DNA of 62,387 nt, counting the filler, from Kipferlia bialata (lineage: Eukaryota): the NCBI GenBank assembly GCA_003568945.1. It is 5 parts of 5 records of this genome, joined end to end, with 100 filler letters (N's around TTAATTAATTAA, not from the genome) between each part and the next. Parts side by side here need not be neighbours in the genome. Positions count along the whole stretch, not along the records: positions 1 to 18,229 come from BDIP01000484.1; 4 more parts are not named here. One strand, 5' to 3'. Positions 1 through 12,200 of this stretch are shown piece by piece (within the stretch, counting starts at the first letter, position 1; each line of letters begins with the position of its first letter). A model generated the notes under the pieces. It was given only the letters and a program-made list of their open reading frames with translations. It did no database searches and was not told the origin of the DNA. Both the position numbers and the translations under genes were made by a program.

Positions 1-112
1 GGTTGTTTTGTGGGGGTGGGGGGGGGGGGGGGGGGGGGGAGTGTTGACGTAGAGGGCGTAGTTAGAATTGTGAATATATATTGTTCTGTAGCTCTACCTA
101 GCTAACCCCCAG

Positions 113-1370
113 GTTGTGACGTCTGCCCTTCTGCTCTGTCTGTCCCAGCTGGGAGTGGCTGACACTAGGTATATATGTATGTATTCCTGTATGTACTTAT
201 TTGAACTGCGTGTTGTAGCGCTCAAGATATGTGTACATGTGTCTCATTATCAGGAGAGCCTCCTCCACCCTGGCTGTTGCTAGGAACGCAGCCCACCTCA
301 CATACGTGGCCCCATTCCTGCAGGTACAGTATCTATCTCTCTAGCTATATTAAGAGGTAAACAAGTATATGAATACTTCATATATATGCTACATACCCTA
401 ACCCCCAGGGCAGACTGGACCTTGCCGCTGGGTATGTTCTTTGTATTTGTAATGTAATATATAGTATTTACATACTAACCTTAGGGCAGACTGGACCTTG
501 CCGCAGGGTTTGTGGCCATGGCCAAGAGTGAGCACAGGGTGGCTGCGTCATACTTCAGAGAGGCATTCGAAGGTATGGATTCATATATACTGCATGTGTA
601 TGAGAATAATTGGGTATGTTTAGTGTATACTATATATACTAATGAGTAACCACAGGGTGGCTGCTATATTAATTTAATATAATTTATTTATGTATATATT
701 ATTATACATATATTTGTTGTGTATGTATATATTCCCTATCCCTCACCCCAGGCCTTGCCCCCCTCAAGACCAACAGACTGGGGAGGGACACAAACGAGAT
801 GGCAGAGGTGGGGTGTATATACCTGTGTATGTGAGATATATCTACTTCTAGCACAGTGTACATCTGTCTTACCCCCCACGTTGAACTTGGTCATATATAT
901 GTATAATGTATAATCTTAATGTCACTCTATTTATGCCTCTGTCTCACTCCCAGGTTGCCCTTGGGATGCAGCTCGTGTCCCTGGCCCTGCTCGAGAAGGC
1001 AGACGAGGTGGGTATCCTCTATCTCCTTCTCTCTCCGGCTCTCTTAATATCTATTCATATGTATATGGTTGTATACATACCTATCACCAGGCTACCCGTG
1101 CCCTTTCCGGCAACATACCCCCCTCTATCTCTCTCTCTCTATCTATTTCCCCATATATGTATACCAACCCCAGGCCACCCGTGCCCTGTCTGGCAAGATG
1201 GCCACCACCCTGGCCAAGGACAGGGCCAATGCAGCTGAGGCACTGTGCCAGGCATCATCCAGGTACTTATGTATGTATGGATATATGTATATATATATAT
1301 ATAGGGAGAGAGCGAGAGAGATACTAGGTCAATTCAGCTGAGACACTGTGCCAGGCATCATCAAGGTGTG

Positions 1371-1405
<35 letters not shown>

Positions 1406-3284
1406 AGAGAGAGAGAGAGAGGGACTAGGTCAATGCAGCTGAGGCACTGTGCCAGGCATCGTCTTGATAGATACTTATATATGTGTTTGCTCGATATATT
1501 ATTATTGTTCTCTATTCACCCACCCTCAGGAGCGATGTTGTCCCCTCCATCGAGAGGGTCCTGACTCACGCCAGGGCAGACTACGCTAAGGTATGTGTAT
1601 CAGCGTTCATATTGTTGCATTGCCTTTGGGATATTGTATGAAGTGCCAAGTATCCGATATCTACAGTGTCAATCAATATATTGTGTTGACTGCCCTCACC
1701 CCAGGGCATCTTCATCCCTGTCCTGGTCATTGAGAATGCCTTGAATGAGCTCAGGTCCAAGCTGGTCTACTCAGAGATCAGGTGTGTACCTAGATGACCA
1801 ATATTCAAACCATAGTACCTTTACTGATCTCCCTCCTAGAGGTATTCATTTTCTCGTTCTCTGTGTGTGTGTATACTATTATCTTCCCCCACCCCAGGCG
1901 TGTGTGCATGTCCTACTCTGATGTCGACATCCCCAGGCTGTCCACCCTCCTTGGACCAGAAGTCGGTATGTGGATAGTATTGATAGTACATGTACTCCCT
2001 CGAATGTATACCAGCGGGTTAGTGTGTATTCAATATACATATCCTTTTACGATAGCTGCTCTAATAACCCACCTCACCCCCATCTAACTCCCAGGCGGCT
2101 CTGCCACCATTGGACCCACCTCTGACTCTGTGTCCCACTCAGTTGGCAGGCTCATCTGTGATGGGGAGCTGGACGCACAGATCGACGAGGTACATATATA
2201 TATGTCTATATTAAACACACACAATATATATTCATACTAATTTATATAAATACAAATATATAAATACAAATTTATATATATCACCTGCGATGGGGGAGCT
2301 GGACGCATAGATAGATGGGGTATGGTACTATGACAATATGGGGTATATAGAATATATATGAAAGTGTGATTATAACCAGCAGGTCTCTGGCACTGTCTCC
2401 ATGGGCAGACCAACCCACCCACTCTTATATATATATCCATATATTTGTATACATACACTCTTTCCTTATGTATCAATCTTACCCTCAGGTCTCAGGCACT
2501 GTCTCCATGGGCAGACCCCACCCATTACTATATCTATATCCATATATATATATACATATATTCTTTCCTTATGTGTCTATCTGACCCCCAGGTCTCTGGC
2601 ACTGTCTCCATGGGCAGATCAACCCACTCTTATACATATACAATAGTTACATATACTCTTACCTCTTGTATATATGACTAATACCCCCAGGTCTCAGGCA
2701 CTGTCTCCATGGGCAGACCAACCCACTACTATTATATATATATATTATATACATATACTCTTACCTTATGTATATGTATGACTAATACCCCAGGTCTCTG
2801 GCACTGTCTCCATGGGCAGACCAACCCATTTCTATATCTATCCATATATATGTATGCATATACTCTTTCCTTATGTATCTTACCCTCAAGGTCTCTGGCA
2901 CTGTCTCCATGGGCAAACCAACCCGCTATTATACATATACAATATTTACCTATACTCTTACCTAATGTATATATGATTTATACCCAGGTCTCTGGCACTG
3001 TCTCCATGGGCAGACCCCCCACCCAGTCAGAGGTCAGGGCCGGCAAGCTCGTCAACGTAAGTGGTCATGGTTCAATCCCTCTCCCCCACTCTCTCTCTCT
3101 TATGGGAGACTTCCAGGTCCTTGACCAGACCTCCTCTGTGCAGTATATACATCATTCTCTCTCTCTCTCCCCCCCCCTCCCCCCTACTCTCCCTCACTGC
3201 CAGGTCCTGGACCAGACCTCCTCTGTCCTGGATGCCCTGCGGGACAAGGCAGCCAGGCTCACAGCCGTCAAGACACAGGCTTAA
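113..3284 (+). CDS. RPN6: 26S proteasome regulatory (lid) subunit Rpn6/PSMD11, PCI domain; 5' part lies outside the window; at least 12 exons
   Basis: Spliced GT-AG exons read ...RASSTLAVARNAAHLTYVAPFLQ|GRLDLAAGFVAMAKSEHRVAASYFREAFEG...SEIRRVCMSYSDVDIPRLSTLLG...VGRLICDGELDAQIDE|VSGTVSMG...|VLDQTSSVLDALRDKAARLT*. This follows the Rpn6 pattern (ARAALTSARTTAN..Y.PP.LQ..LD..SG......D.KTAYSYFYEAFEG; PCI motif MILD....G.LDQ; C-terminal VVDSLY.KA.KLT). Confidence 0.85.
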
Positions 3285-3872
3285 ATAGATAGAAAATAGA
3301 CATTATTCAGTCATTTGGTGGATACATTAGATGGGGTATTACTACCTCAAGACACAGGCCTGAATAGATAGAGAATAGACATTCTTAGATCGGTCTAGAT
3401 GGGCATATATGAACAACTCATACACAATAGCTGGAGCACAGTATTTATGACCTATTCAATAGACGATAAGGGTAAACAGTGCCCTCCTCTCTTGAAGGAT
3501 AATCTCCATCGCATGGTGTGACAGGAGTTAAAAGGTATGAGTTTTACTTTTTCCCAACCGTATTTGGACCCTGAAGTCAAGATAGTATCAGTAGTCACTC
3601 TCTTTCATACCACTCTGGGGTTGGTACGAAAGAAGGTATAATGGAACATGGTTGTATGCAGTGTGTTAAGGTGTTGAATTGCAGGGCCTCTGGTACATAA
3701 TAACCTCTTGTGTGGCATATTCAAATGAACAAACCACTTCATTCAATCTATTCTGACCCTTCCCCGTCTACTCCACCACGTATTCATCAACACATACCCA
3801 ATTGGTTTGGAAACAGTGCACTGACTTGAGAAGGAACTACAATCCATTGTAAATAGCCCCCCCCCCCCCCCC

Positions 3873-4142
3873 NNNNNNNNNNNNNNNNNNNNNNNNNNNN
3901 NNNNNNNNNNNNNNNNNNNNNNNNNNNNNNNNNNNNNNNNNNNNNNNNNNNNNNNNNNNNNNNNNNNNNNNNNNNNNNNNNNNNNNNNNNNNNNNNNNNN
4001 NNNNNNNNNNNNNNNNNNNNNNNNNNNNNNNNNNNNNNNNNNNNNNNNNNNNNNNNNNNNNNNNNNNNNNNNNNNNNNNNNNNNNNNNNNNNNNNNNNNN
4101 NNNNNNNNNNNNNNNNNNNNNNNNNNNNNNNNNNNNNNNNNN
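3873..4142. other. Assembly gap (270 N) flanked by poly-C and poly-G
   Basis: N run visible directly. Confidence 0.99.
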
Positions 4143-4275
4143 TGTTTAGGGGGGGGGGGGGGGGGGGGGCAGACAAGGGTAAGAGAGGGGAAGACTGAAA
4201 ATTACGCCCCCCCCCCCCCCACACACACACACAACTTGTATGGTGCAATATATATACATATTAGTATACATATAC

Positions 4276-4393
4276 CTGCCAGCACAGCGACAGTGCCTGC
4301 CCCGTCATACACCTCAGCCAGATAATCATCAAACTCTGCACCCTTACTGCACAGCCACTCGGCGTGGATGTCGCTGATCACCTGGAGGCGCAT
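4276..4393 (-). CDS. First exon of a calcineurin-like metallophosphoesterase; remainder not visible
   Basis: ATG at 4393 gives MRLQVISDIHAEW...TVAVLAG followed by a GTATAT donor. It has the N-terminal DxH motif and the start of the GD motif. No GNH motif was found in 3300-3870. Confidence 0.6.
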
Positions 4394-4717
4394 ATATAGC
4401 GATATTGAGTTAGGCTTGTTGGATGTGTGAAACAATTCGCTCGAGTGAACCCTTTTTCAATCACTCTCTGTCAGTAGACTACTGACAGTAGTAGTGAGAT
4501 GTGAGACAGAGAGACCTTTACGATTGCTCCATAGTGTTACTATACAGGGTATCAGCTTATACTATCGGCCCGAGGAGGCAAGAACCCCTCACAGTCCTTG
4601 CCAACTTGGCACTGTATCTCAACTTACGTATATCAAAGTCGGATTTTTTTGCTTAGAGTCGGAGAGCAGCTGTGTGGCCGTATCTGTAGGTCATATCTCT
4701 ATAGAGGCTTGACACTG

Positions 4718-7700
4718 ATGGATGACCCAGACTCACTTGTGGCGTTAGCGGATGCTCTGTCTACTGCATGTGATGCAATGACCCAGCTAGCATTGAGCAG
4801 TGGAGAGGGGGAGAGAGAGATTGAGTGGAAGATGGGCCCAGAAGGCATAGAGTACCCTGTCGACCTGTGTCAGGCTCTCGATACCCTCAACAACACACTG
4901 GGCCCTGTGAGTAGGCCCATTGCCCAGTCCTACTGGAAGGTAATAGCTGTTCTCCTTGAATGCATTACTATGGACAGTTGTGTCTCTCCATGTCCTTGAC
5001 TGACTGTTCTACACATGTATTAATGGCTTCTTCCCATTGGTATTATCCGTCGCAACGTTTGAATACACGTGGGTACTTATACTACTACCTGCCATCCCCA
5101 TCCCCCCCTCTCTCTCTCTCTCTCCACTTCCTTTGGCAGGGCATGCTTCAGTATTCATACGAGCTTCCCCCCCCCTCTTCTAATCAATTACACCCCCAAT
5201 TTCAGATGACAGTAATCGAAAGCTACTTATTATATCAAAGTGGTGCCTCTCCTTTGACCACAGAGAGTGGCATCATAATTATATGTATATTATCTCTTAA
5301 TTCTATATATATATATATTCCACAGCATCATATCTACATATATAATGTTTGGGACTCTCTCTTCATACTCTATCTCTCTATTCACGGCCTAACCTCCAGG
5401 AGAGACGTGCCCTGGTTATGGTGGCTGACAGTGGTGTCATTCCACTTCTGCAGGAGTCCCTGAGTCCTCTTCTATTGGGCCCTCTGTCCAGAGGGTACAC
5501 TACCCTGGACACCCCAGACACTGACACTGCCCTAGACCGATACATGCTTGGTGACCCCTTCAAAGACCCAATATGTGGAGCACATGTGTGTAGACGCCTC
5601 TGCCAACGACTTAGGGAGCTGTTTCAATCACAGCAGAGGTACAAGTCTGCGTATGGCCTGTCGCAGACGTATCGTCCACGCAGGCTATACTACCCTCCAG
5701 ACTCCACCCATGAAGAGAGAAAGGAGAGCAGGAGGCTCCGGCGCGAGAGAGACCATGCTGAGAGGCTGTGTGCAAGGGACGAGGTTGGTGGACCTCTCCT
5801 TAGGTGCCTGGTGCATATGTGGCAGGTTGTGGAGAAGCGTATGTACATGGAGAGAAAGCAGGAGTATGAGTGGTGTGACCCAGTACATGACCTGGTCAGA
5901 GATGCTCTCAACCTGACCCATGCCTGTCTCCAGTACTCTGGACACCTCTCCCTCGGTCGGGGTGACACTCAGTACAGGTGGGCCCCCATCACTGCTCTCT
6001 CCACTGATGAGTGTTGTGTGTTGGCTGGGTGTGTGGCCCGTGTGGAGGTTAGAAGGAGAATCCCACAACTCGCAGGTGGGAACACTTTGCAGACTGGGAT
6101 GACGTGCTGATCTCTCTTCTAGAGGTACCCGGTACATATTGCCAGAAGGGCCGCAAGGGGTTGGACTGTGAGACCCGCAGTGCCAATAAGGAGGGAGAGG
6201 GGGGCAGGGACCCTAGGGCCATGGCTTCCAGGATAGCCCAGGTCATCAGGGAGAGCAGAGTGATAGCAGACGTCCCACCCCAAGTGACCCCTACTACCTC
6301 ACTGTTGTACAGCCTGCTCTACAACGCTCTTGGGACAGAGGTAGAGTGGCCCAAGCATGTGCTCGAGGACGTTGGGTTCGCTGCATGCCACTCCCTTGCA
6401 GCCAGGGTTGGGTGTGAGGTGCCAGCCGGCGCCCGACTGCTACTGCCCTCCTTCCTTCCCACCTCAGACTACAGAAGTCTCATGAAATTGTCCTCCTTAT
6501 CCAATTTCAATTTGAAGCGCTACAGACTCAAGGACACCTCAACTCTCCCCCGTAGCACAGTAGAGGACTGGGGTAGCTTCCTTACTGGTATTGTCACAGC
6601 AAGTGCCTATGAGCCCCCTCTTCTGACAGACTTGGTACCAGTGATGGAGGATCTGAGGTCTCCCTTTGTGGTGTATCTAACTGATGAGCTAGTGATAGCG
6701 CTCAGTGACCTTGTGGCAAGAGTTGCTGCAGATGCATGGCCTGCTGGGGCTGATCTCAGTCGACTTGGCCCAGTGATACAGCTTGCTGCCGCAATCGCCA
6801 AGGTAGAGGCAGAGTATCACGAGCCAGGAAGCTACACTCCCAGTAGTACAACCCCTATTCTGGCTGAAATTGGATACCCCAGGCGTGCATGCACTTCTGC
6901 GATGGTGGACTCTGGCCTTCTCGGTATAGTCCACGCCTGGATGGTCGCAGTGAGGGAGGGTTCCAACTGTGGCCCTTCCTTTGCAGACACTGCAACAGCC
7001 TGTGCCTCCGTCCTCGACATCATCACCCGGGACACAGAGTGTAGAATGCAGCTCCGGCAGTGCACCGAGGCAGACAGGGACCTAGCAGAAGACATCCTTA
7101 GGATTAGGTGCGGTCCTGCTATATAATCATATTCAAGAAAGTGTTCTTGCAACATCACCTCAATCGAGTCCGTACTCTTACTCCACCAGTCATTATCCTC
7201 ACTGCCAGGGATGTAGTGTCTGAGGATGTCAGTGAGGTGCTGCAGAAGGTTGAGAGTCGCCTCGCTTACAGGACACCAGTTCGTGAAAGGGGGATCTACC
7301 TGTACGCGTGGAGTGGTTGGGAGATAGAACAGGCTATCAGGGGGTGAGTAGCACTGCAACAGTGATTCGCTGCTAGTACTGACTTCATAGCACACAGATA
7401 CCTCACCAATTGTGTCCCGGATACTGATTCAGTATATATATGAGTACACACATATGTGTATCCGGCATATTATTCCTAATACCAATGTCCTTACCGCCAG
7501 AACGGATGGTGCTGCCTTTCTTTGGAACCTGTGCACTGAGGTAGACACACTCTATTGTAAGTCTGCAAGCATGTTGCTCTGTCTTAGTGACTCCGACAAT
7601 CTGCGTATGCTACTACACAACCAGCAGCTAGTAGAGCGACACCGCAGCTTTGTAGGTGATATACATCGCAGCGGAGATAAGCAACAGTGGAGGAGAGACG

Positions 7701-8861
7701 CCTGTTATGCTATGTACGCAGAGATGGAGAGGCAGCAGCATGACGACACCGACAGGGTCATATTTGGGAGCGAGGCACGACTGCTTGGCTTCATCATGAG
7801 CCTCCTCAACCCCTCCACAGAGACAGATCTTCGGCTGGCTGCCTACAGCTTTGTGACTGCTCTGATGCCACGGGTTCTTGGTCTATCTGTGACGGGGACA
7901 CGCGGTGTCTCCAGGTATGACGCTACCAAGCCCAACTCCACCTTGGACCAGTTTGTCAGGAAGGGGTACAATGAGCTGGCGCTCCCTATGGCTGCAGAGA
8001 TGCTACCAGAGGTATATTGTTGTCTCCTACTATAGTGACTGCACTGAGACTCGTACTCATACACCAGCAAAACATGTGTGACGTCGTCACTGACGACCAG
8101 CACTATTTACTATACTCATAAGTGTATATATACATTATCGTATCACATAGCATATACTATGGTTCTCTTATCCTTAGGCCGGTATGTCCGACGACGACCT
8201 CCTCCGTCAGGCATCCAACTGGGCTAGGGGTATTAGCTATGTCCACAATATATTCAGCTGGCCTGCATCAGATCCCGCACGGATGGCACTAGATCGCTAC
8301 CTTGTGGAGCACATTGAGATAGCTGAGGCTCTAGTGACTACAGGCCAGCAGCTCTCCTCAGCTCTTGCAGCAACTGAGAGCATCAGACTCTGGGGTCAGG
8401 AGGACTTGATTGGTGGACAGGAAGGGAGACGGGTGGTAAGAGCCCGTGCCAGGCCTGATGCCACTCTACGTGTACTGGCCTCCATCCCTGAGGGTCTTCT
8501 GTTCCGCCTCCCACGGCTGGTGCGGGAGCTCCAGTCAGGCAGCGCCGAGCTACAGGCAGCTGTGGGAGGGTCTGATATCCTGATGGCTGTGGTGTATGTA
8601 GATGACGCTGAGGATGGGAGTGGGATCGAAGACTCCGGTGAGGGAGAGGCAGATGCTAGGAACACTGGCACTCGCTGGGGATGTCCGATGCAGTCCGATG
8701 CACAGTTCTGGAGGAACATTCCTCGGATACGTGCTAGGGTAGACGAGTACATCCAGGACGAGCCAGAGCCTCATGATTACGAGCACTACGCCTCAGACTA
8801 TGAGGGTTACGGGGACTCGGACACAGAGTCAGACTCGGACACAGAGTCAGAGCCACAGTGA
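4718..8861 (+). CDS. Large (~1,080 aa) hypothetical, probably alpha-helical protein; 5 exons (4718-4939, 5400-7107, 7209-7343, 7501-8011, 8178-8861) with an apparent frameshift near 6050
   Basis: Long ORFs (253, 340, 207, 225 aa) are joined by phase-compatible GT-AG introns with branch-point-proximal acceptors. The protein is Leu/Ala-rich with an acidic C-terminal tail. The frame change between 6053 and 6108 is not explained by an obvious intron. No family recognised. Confidence 0.65.
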
Positions 8862-9294
8862 GTCAGAGGACTAGACACTGTCTGGTACTGTTAAACGCTT
8901 AGTGACATGATTTCAATATTTAGTATGGATGAAGATGGATAGTTGGGATATGGTGGAAGTGTAAAGATAGTGAATAGCTTGATACAGTGTTTCGCTGCAG
9001 AGTACACTCTAAAGGGATATAGATGTATAATACCGGTAATCGTCTTACAGTCCCATCATACGTGTCTCAGACACAGTGTCTCTTATTCTAATGTTTGGAC
9101 CAAACACCTACGGTTCCAGTTGAACTTCAACACTTACTGATTTGTTTTGCCACCACTTCATGATTGAATAGCATTCAATGAATTCATTTTTGTAACTCAA
9201 TGACACCTAATTCACCTGTCATATATTCCTTTTCCAAGTCCAGTCTAGACTAGACTTGGAAAAATCTAGAACAGGTCACACACTAACCATCGAG

Positions 9295-12200
9295 TTATTG
9301 CTCCATCATCTCCATCCTCCCTATGCCACCCCCAACCATCACGTATGTGTCACTGTAGAATGTGTGGGGGTCAGTAATGGCAACACCGGGGTAGATCTCC
9401 TGATAGTCAGAGAAGGAACATACTCTAATACTTGCAGTCCACTCACTATATGTGGCTACATTATACGGAGCCTGTACATATTACATATTTAATCGTACCA
9501 CAATTGCGAAGTTGTGTTGGTCCGACCAGCTGTTGAGGAAGGGGGTCACGCCCTCATAGAGGAACACTACCAGTGGCCACTCAAGGTCATCACTGGTGAG
9601 GCCATCAACCTACAGCGTCAGATTGAATAATATCATGCACAGTTCTTAGTAGTGTAGATTCTCTACAGCACTGTAGAGATAAATACTACGTGTAAATAGT
9701 GTATGTATCGCGTGATATGTACAACTCACATGGTTATCCTCCATGGCTGCATCGAATGTATACGGCGTGTGTGTCAGGGTGATGTTGGTGACCTGCACAC
9801 TGACATCCACCGAGAAGACAGCATCGACACTCAGGGTGAAGGCCTGAGAGTGAGTATTGTCGATATACCCACCATATAATCAGAGGGTAACAACACTTAC
9901 CTCCACCCACTCTGATGCTGACACACTCTCCACATCCACTGCCATCAGCATGGAGGACGAGACAAGCATGGCACCTGAGGGTGAGTAGAATAAGACATGT
10001 ACAGTATACTGATATATATATGCCCTACTGGAGAGATACACATGTGTGGAGACCACCATGACAGCTGAGGGTAATTGACTAGGAGCAGACAGAGACTGAG
10101 AGACGGCTAGATATGGGACCCACCTGGTGCCATTGAGACAGTTGGTACGTCAGTGGTGTTTGTTCTGACCCTCATGTTACAACCAGGACAGTAGTCATAG
10201 AGGGCAGGGACCTGGTCCTGGCATCAGATGTTAGCTACACGAGAGCTGAAATGGTAAACTACACGATATGTATATATAACTCACATATGCCAGAAGCTAA
10301 AACGGTACGCAGAGGGACAAGTGTATACGTACCATCCATGCATTTGTGTTGAGGAAGTCATGTGCCTCTCCAGAGTTGGTATCCTTGGTCACACCCTGGA
10401 ACATGTCTAGGAGTTAGAGTAGCATGTCACGGAAAATTTAGTCTGTTAATAGTCTGCTACACGATACCCACCTTCCATGTAGTACGTGTAGTACAGACTG
10501 TCGAACAGCATTGCATCGCACACCAGCTGTATGGGGCTGCTGTCTATCACAAGGGGCAGAGGGGAGGGGTCGAAGCCTGGCATCTCAATGTCGTACATGG
10601 GACTGAGGGTGAGTATGTGACGTGCACCTGTAACCAATAGAGTGTGTACCTGTGTACCATTCCAGAGTATGCCTCGCTAAGGTATGTGCTGCCTATGCTG
10701 GGAGGGGACATCATGCGCATGTCGAGGTCGACACTGGGTTAGATATAGTGATAAGAGTAGTCTTTATATTTATGCTCTAATACCAGTTACATACTGCATT
10801 CAAGACGAAAAATAGAGTTTCATACGCATTATTCGTCAATACGGTATATACTCTGTACTTACACTGCATACTACACACCTCTCATCTATGGGTATGTCCG
10901 TGTCAGTCTCTGGGTATGGAGTGTGTATATATATATTCACACATACATACATACATACATATCTACCTACATACATACATACACATATATATACACACAC
11001 AGAGTACCTCTCATCAATGGGTATGTCTGTGTCTGTCTCTAGGAATGCAGTGTATATGCATATATACACACATACATACATATATACACACATACATACA
11101 TACCTACATAAATATACATACATACACTACATACCTATCATCAATAGGGATGTCCGTGTCCGTCTCCAGGAATGCAGTGTTCAACTCGTCCATCAGAACA
11201 GTCGACACCACCTGGTGTTAACAATAGAAATTATAGGCACATATAGAGTTGGATCTATCAGAACAGTGGATACGACCTGGGGTAAACATTAGTATATCAA
11301 CCTGGTCAAGGACAAAATGATATATATCATAACCATTCGTTTGTCAGCAGGGAGGAAACAACTATCCGTACCATGTCAATTGCGGCCTCTGCGTCCTTCT
11401 CTAGAGTGCTCATGAAGATGTCTGCAAAGATGTTGTAGAACCATGCGTAGGATGACCCGTTGATCTCAATCTGGACATCACCCAGGTCGGTGCTCATGTC
11501 TGGGGGTAGAGATTAGTGAGTACCCATACTACTCCATATCAGTATTAGTAGGGTAAGATACAGTAAATACATAAACACTGTGTGTATCAGTCCTCCTAAG
11601 TCAGCAGACAGAGGCTGTCAGTAATATGGGCATTGATATACTGACATAGTGTCTGTTTTTATAGTATAGTGTATGTGTATATGTAGTACATATGTAACAT
11701 ATAATATGTACTCATACCTGTGCACTCTATGTGTGGTCTGTACTGGTCCATCCCCCATACGCTTGACATGATGATTGTATATCTATAATTCAGTATATGA
11801 TACTCTATACATACTCGTATGTTTCTGTACCTGTGCACTCTATGTGGGGTCTGTACTGGTCCATCCCAAGGGCAAAGGTGCCCTGGGGGTGAGTGATACA
11901 TAGCATACATATTGTATACCCAAGCAGTATACATTATTCCCAATAGTGATATATAGGACACATTGAGTACCCAAGCATACTCTAGGCAATAGTAATGGAC
12001 ATATAAGTACAGGAGAAAGAAGCCCAGGACGTGTATGAATATTATCCCCCCACCTGTATTGATGCGTCCTCTGCCGATGCATCAGCTGTGCCAGAGTCAC
12101 TGGGGGTTAGTGGATACTATAAGGAAATACTGAAGACATATATAGGCCTATAGAGAGAGGCAGAGAGAGAGAGAGATGCATCTGATGTGTCAGATTCACT

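Noticed and set aside
2370..3025. Repeat-spacer array resembling CRISPR (~30-bp repeats, ~70-bp spacers); likewise 35090-36147
   Set aside because: Repeats are copies of the adjacent exon start, spacers are related low-complexity AT-rich DNA, there are no cas genes and the context is eukaryotic.
10836..11292. ORF-track entries rich in Y/I/H/T/C/V or S/L and R/E, here and throughout
   Set aside because: Translations of TA, CA and GA microsatellite-rich introns or antisense of real exons.
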